IMG/VR virus record: IMGVR_UViG_3300045988_077100
Location: 1 to 64,000 of that record
Direction: 5' to 3' (one strand)
DNA: 64,000 nt
From: a virus
The notes under the pieces were generated by a model, which was not told where the DNA came from, made no database searches, and saw nothing but the letters and a program-made list of their open reading frames with translations. Below, in pieces: positions 62,215 to 64,000 of this stretch (its first letter is position 1; every line of letters starts with the position of its first letter). Both the position numbers and the translations under genes were made by a program.

Positions 62215-63056
62215 TGGGCAGAGTGATTATGAGCGGCATTGTGCCGACGCTGAAAGCGCCGGTGAATGTTGATCCGGTGCTGAACAACAACAGCTGGGAA
62301 ACCATCAGCAAAATCAGTCAGGCGGGGTTGGCGGCGCAGTATTGGAACGTGGGCGACACGAAGGACATTGTGATCAACGGCACGGTGGGAAGGACAACCT
62401 TTACCAACCTGACGGTGCAGGCGTTCATCATTGGCATTGACCACAACTCTGCCAGAGAGGGGCAGCACTTAATCCATTTCCAGATCGGCAAAATCGGTGA
62501 GAAATTGGTTGGACTGGTGGATGGTGATTACGGCGACTATACATATTCAAACGGTGCCTTTACCATGAATAAGTTGAACACGAACAGCGGCGGGTGGAAT
62601 AACAGCCACATGAGAGAGACCGTGCTGGGCAGCGACAGCACCAGCGCCACCAGCCCACCGGGAAACACCCTGCTGGCAGCCATGCCTGCGGATCTCCGGG
62701 CGGTTATGAAGCCGGCCACCAAGTACAGCGACAACACCGGCGGCGGACATGACACCGCAAGCTATGTTACCGCTACCCAGGATCTGCTGCCGTTGCTTTC
62801 GGAGTTTGAATATTTTGGGGTAAGAACCTACGCCAACAGCGCGGAGCAGAATTACCAGGTCCAGTATGACTATTACAAGGCTGGAAACAGCAAGGTGCAT
62901 TATAAGCACAACGCCACCGGCACAAAGGCCTCTGTGTGGTGCCGTTCCGTCGATTCGAGCACCAATCGCTATTTCTGCCGTGTCTACACCGACGGTGACA
63001 CCGCCACTGACGGTGCCTACTATTCCTTGGCGCTGGCCCCCTGCTTTTTTGTATAA
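62211..63056 (+). CDS. DUF6273-like tail fibre/RBP-module protein (paralog)
   Basis: Start at MMGRVIMSG (ATGA overlap). ...LLPLLSEFEYFG...VWCRSV... pattern. Confidence 0.5.
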   Translation: MMGRVIMSGIVPTLKAPVNVDPVLNNNSWETISKISQAGLAAQYWNVGDTKDIVINGTVGRTTFTNLTVQAFIIGIDHNSAREGQHLIHFQIGKIGEKLVGLVDGDYGDYTYSNGAFTMNKLNTNSGGWNNSHMRETVLGSDSTSATSPPGNTLLAAMPADLRAVMKPATKYSDNTGGGHDTASYVTATQDLLPLLSEFEYFGVRTYANSAEQNYQVQYDYYKAGNSKVHYKHNATGTKASVWCRSVDSSTNRYFCRVYTDGDTATDGAYYSLALAPCFFV

Positions 63057-63067
63057 GGAGGATTTCT

Positions 63068-63349
63068 ATGTACAGATTGACCACCCCGCAAGGGGAAAGC
63101 TACCTGACCGAGAAGGTCAACTACATCCGTAGACACGATTCCGGGGTGTACCTGCTGACGGACGCAGGGAGAGCGGAGGGCGTGGCGTACCGTGGGACAC
63201 CGTATCTTTTCCGGGATGGGGCGCAGGTATGTGAGGTGGACGCCGGGGAAACGGTGCACACCACCGAAAAGACGGTATCGGACAACGATGCCATGAACGT
63301 GGATCAGGAGTACAGGCTGACGCTTCTGGAGCTTGGCCTGAACGAATGA
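63068..63349 (+). CDS. hypothetical protein (93 aa)
   Basis: AAGGAGG RBS. Confidence 0.5.
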   Translation: MYRLTTPQGESYLTEKVNYIRRHDSGVYLLTDAGRAEGVAYRGTPYLFRDGAQVCEVDAGETVHTTEKTVSDNDAMNVDQEYRLTLLELGLNE

Positions 63350-63379
63350 TAAACCTAACATTTTGAAAGGAGAACCAGT

Positions 63380-63541
63380 ATGCTGTACAGAACTTTGAAG
63401 CGGATGATCGAGCGAGGCCAGACCACCGGCATGGAGGAAAAGCTGGACATTTTCTTTGCGGCCGGGAAACTGACGGAGGCGGAGTATTCCGAATTGATCG
63501 GGATGCTGCATCTGGAGAAGGCGGCGGGAGAGAAAGCATAA
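63380..63541 (+). CDS. XkdX-like small phage protein (53 aa)
   Basis: Own translation MLYRTLKRMIERGQTTGMEEKLDIFFAAGKLTEAEYSELIGML.... AAAGGAG RBS. Confidence 0.4.
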   Translation: MLYRTLKRMIERGQTTGMEEKLDIFFAAGKLTEAEYSELIGMLHLEKAAGEKA

Positions 63542-63622
63542 AATATCCGGCATCCCCGGCTGATTTCCCGTTTTTTCGACACGCCCTCTGTGGTACACTG
63601 ACCGCAGAAGGGAGGGGAGACC

Positions 63623-63760
63623 ATGGAGCAGCTGAAACCGGAATATCTCTGTCTGTTTCACGCCATTACGGAAGCCATTGAGGAACTGGAACGCCTAAAA
63701 GCGGACCTGATGGCGGCGCAGCGCAGGGCGGAGGCCCTTTACATGGAGCGCACGGACTAA
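63623..63760 (+). CDS. small coiled-coil protein (45 aa)
   Basis: Own translation MEQLKPEYLCLFHAITEAIEELERLKADLMAAQRRAEALYMERTD. GGGAGGGGAG RBS. Confidence 0.4.
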   Translation: MEQLKPEYLCLFHAITEAIEELERLKADLMAAQRRAEALYMERTD

Positions 63761-63799
63761 CCGTGCGCTCTTTTTATAATTGTGCGGTCTTATGCAGAC

Positions 63800-63850
63800 A
63801 AAAAAACACACGCTCGTGCGATCAAAACGCATGAGCGTGTGTTTTGGTTT
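63800..63850. terminator. bidirectional terminator at the end of the tail-fibre module
   Basis: 15-bp stem ACACACGCTCGTGCG/CGCATGAGCGTGTGT flanked by an A-run and a T-run. Confidence 0.75.
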
Positions 63851-63869
63851 CAGGGTGGGCGTGGGGAAA

Positions 63870-64000
63870 TCAGGCGTAAAAGGCGGTGAGCTTGTCGGCG
63901 CTGCGCTTGGCTTGTAAGTCCCGTTCGGCAAAGACCTTCTTGGCGCTTTTCCGCCCGGAACGGTCCATGAGCCGCCCGGAATAACGCTGTGTGGTGATGG
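63870..64000 (-). CDS. C-terminal fragment of an unidentified protein (5' part beyond the window)
   Basis: Own translation ...ITTQRYSGRLMDRSGRKSAKKVFAERDLQAKRSADKLTAFYA, with stop at 63870-63872. Confidence 0.4.
   Translation of the reverse strand, partial: ITTQRYSGRLMDRSGRKSAKKVFAERDLQAKRSADKLTAFYA

Larger units (their letters stand above)
16389..63850. mobile_element. siphovirus-type temperate prophage (right boundary not identified)
   Basis: Gene order from the att core and integrase through lysogeny, recombination, replication, packaging, head, tail and RBP modules. A strong bidirectional terminator lies at 63800-63850. No second att copy was seen. Confidence 0.6.

Overview
GC-rich, RBS-driven, tightly packed DNA of the Firmicutes/Clostridia type (judged by eye). 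All family names come from motif recognition and memory, because no searches could be run. The window has three zones.

(1) 1-4250, chromosome-like. It holds a truncated zinc-ribbon membrane protein gene, four small minus-strand ORFs and HU (hup). It also holds a ~1.8-kb minus-strand non-coding tract. That tract contains two canonical tRNAs (Gln-UUG, Gly-CCC), at least five non-canonical tRNA-like modules and a 359-nt spacer with long-range pairing.

(2) 4254-16202, mobile-element-type cargo:
- a minus-strand operon with a DUF3560-like 511-aa protein, next to a divergent RHH regulator gene and five operator-like repeats
- a RelE/ParE toxin module
- a 1.07-kb GC-rich non-coding tract followed by a sigma-70 region-4 protein
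- a plus-strand block with two N6-adenine/N4-type DNA methyltransferases, a DUF4406-like protein and an ASCH-like protein

(3) 16389 to about 63850, a siphovirus-type temperate prophage. In order it carries a tRNA-3'-fragment att core with arm-type repeats, a tyrosine integrase, two XRE repressors, a Cro-like protein and an antirepressor. Next come YqaJ exonuclease, DUF1351, RecT, SSB, a replisome organizer and a helicase loader. Then a C5-methyltransferase, Lar, terminase, portal, capsid genes, a lysis cassette placed mid-morphogenesis, tail genes, a 1602-aa tape measure protein and receptor-binding paralogs. The right att site was not found in the window.

Most interesting observations:
- (a) An ~80-nt two-hairpin element occurs three times at phage module boundaries. 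It has a covarying 7-bp stem, a conserved UAAGCGKU loop and a long terminator hairpin. Each copy sits so close to the next RBS that read-through seems required.
- (b) The tRNA-mimic array includes three modules with a shared acceptor/ACCA end but no decodable anticodon loop, plus an 8/4 allo/Sec-like tRNA.
- (c) The C5 DNA methyltransferase has a circularly permuted motif order (IV-X then I-II). A 4-nt insertion (TAGA) sits exactly inside its catalytic PCQ motif.
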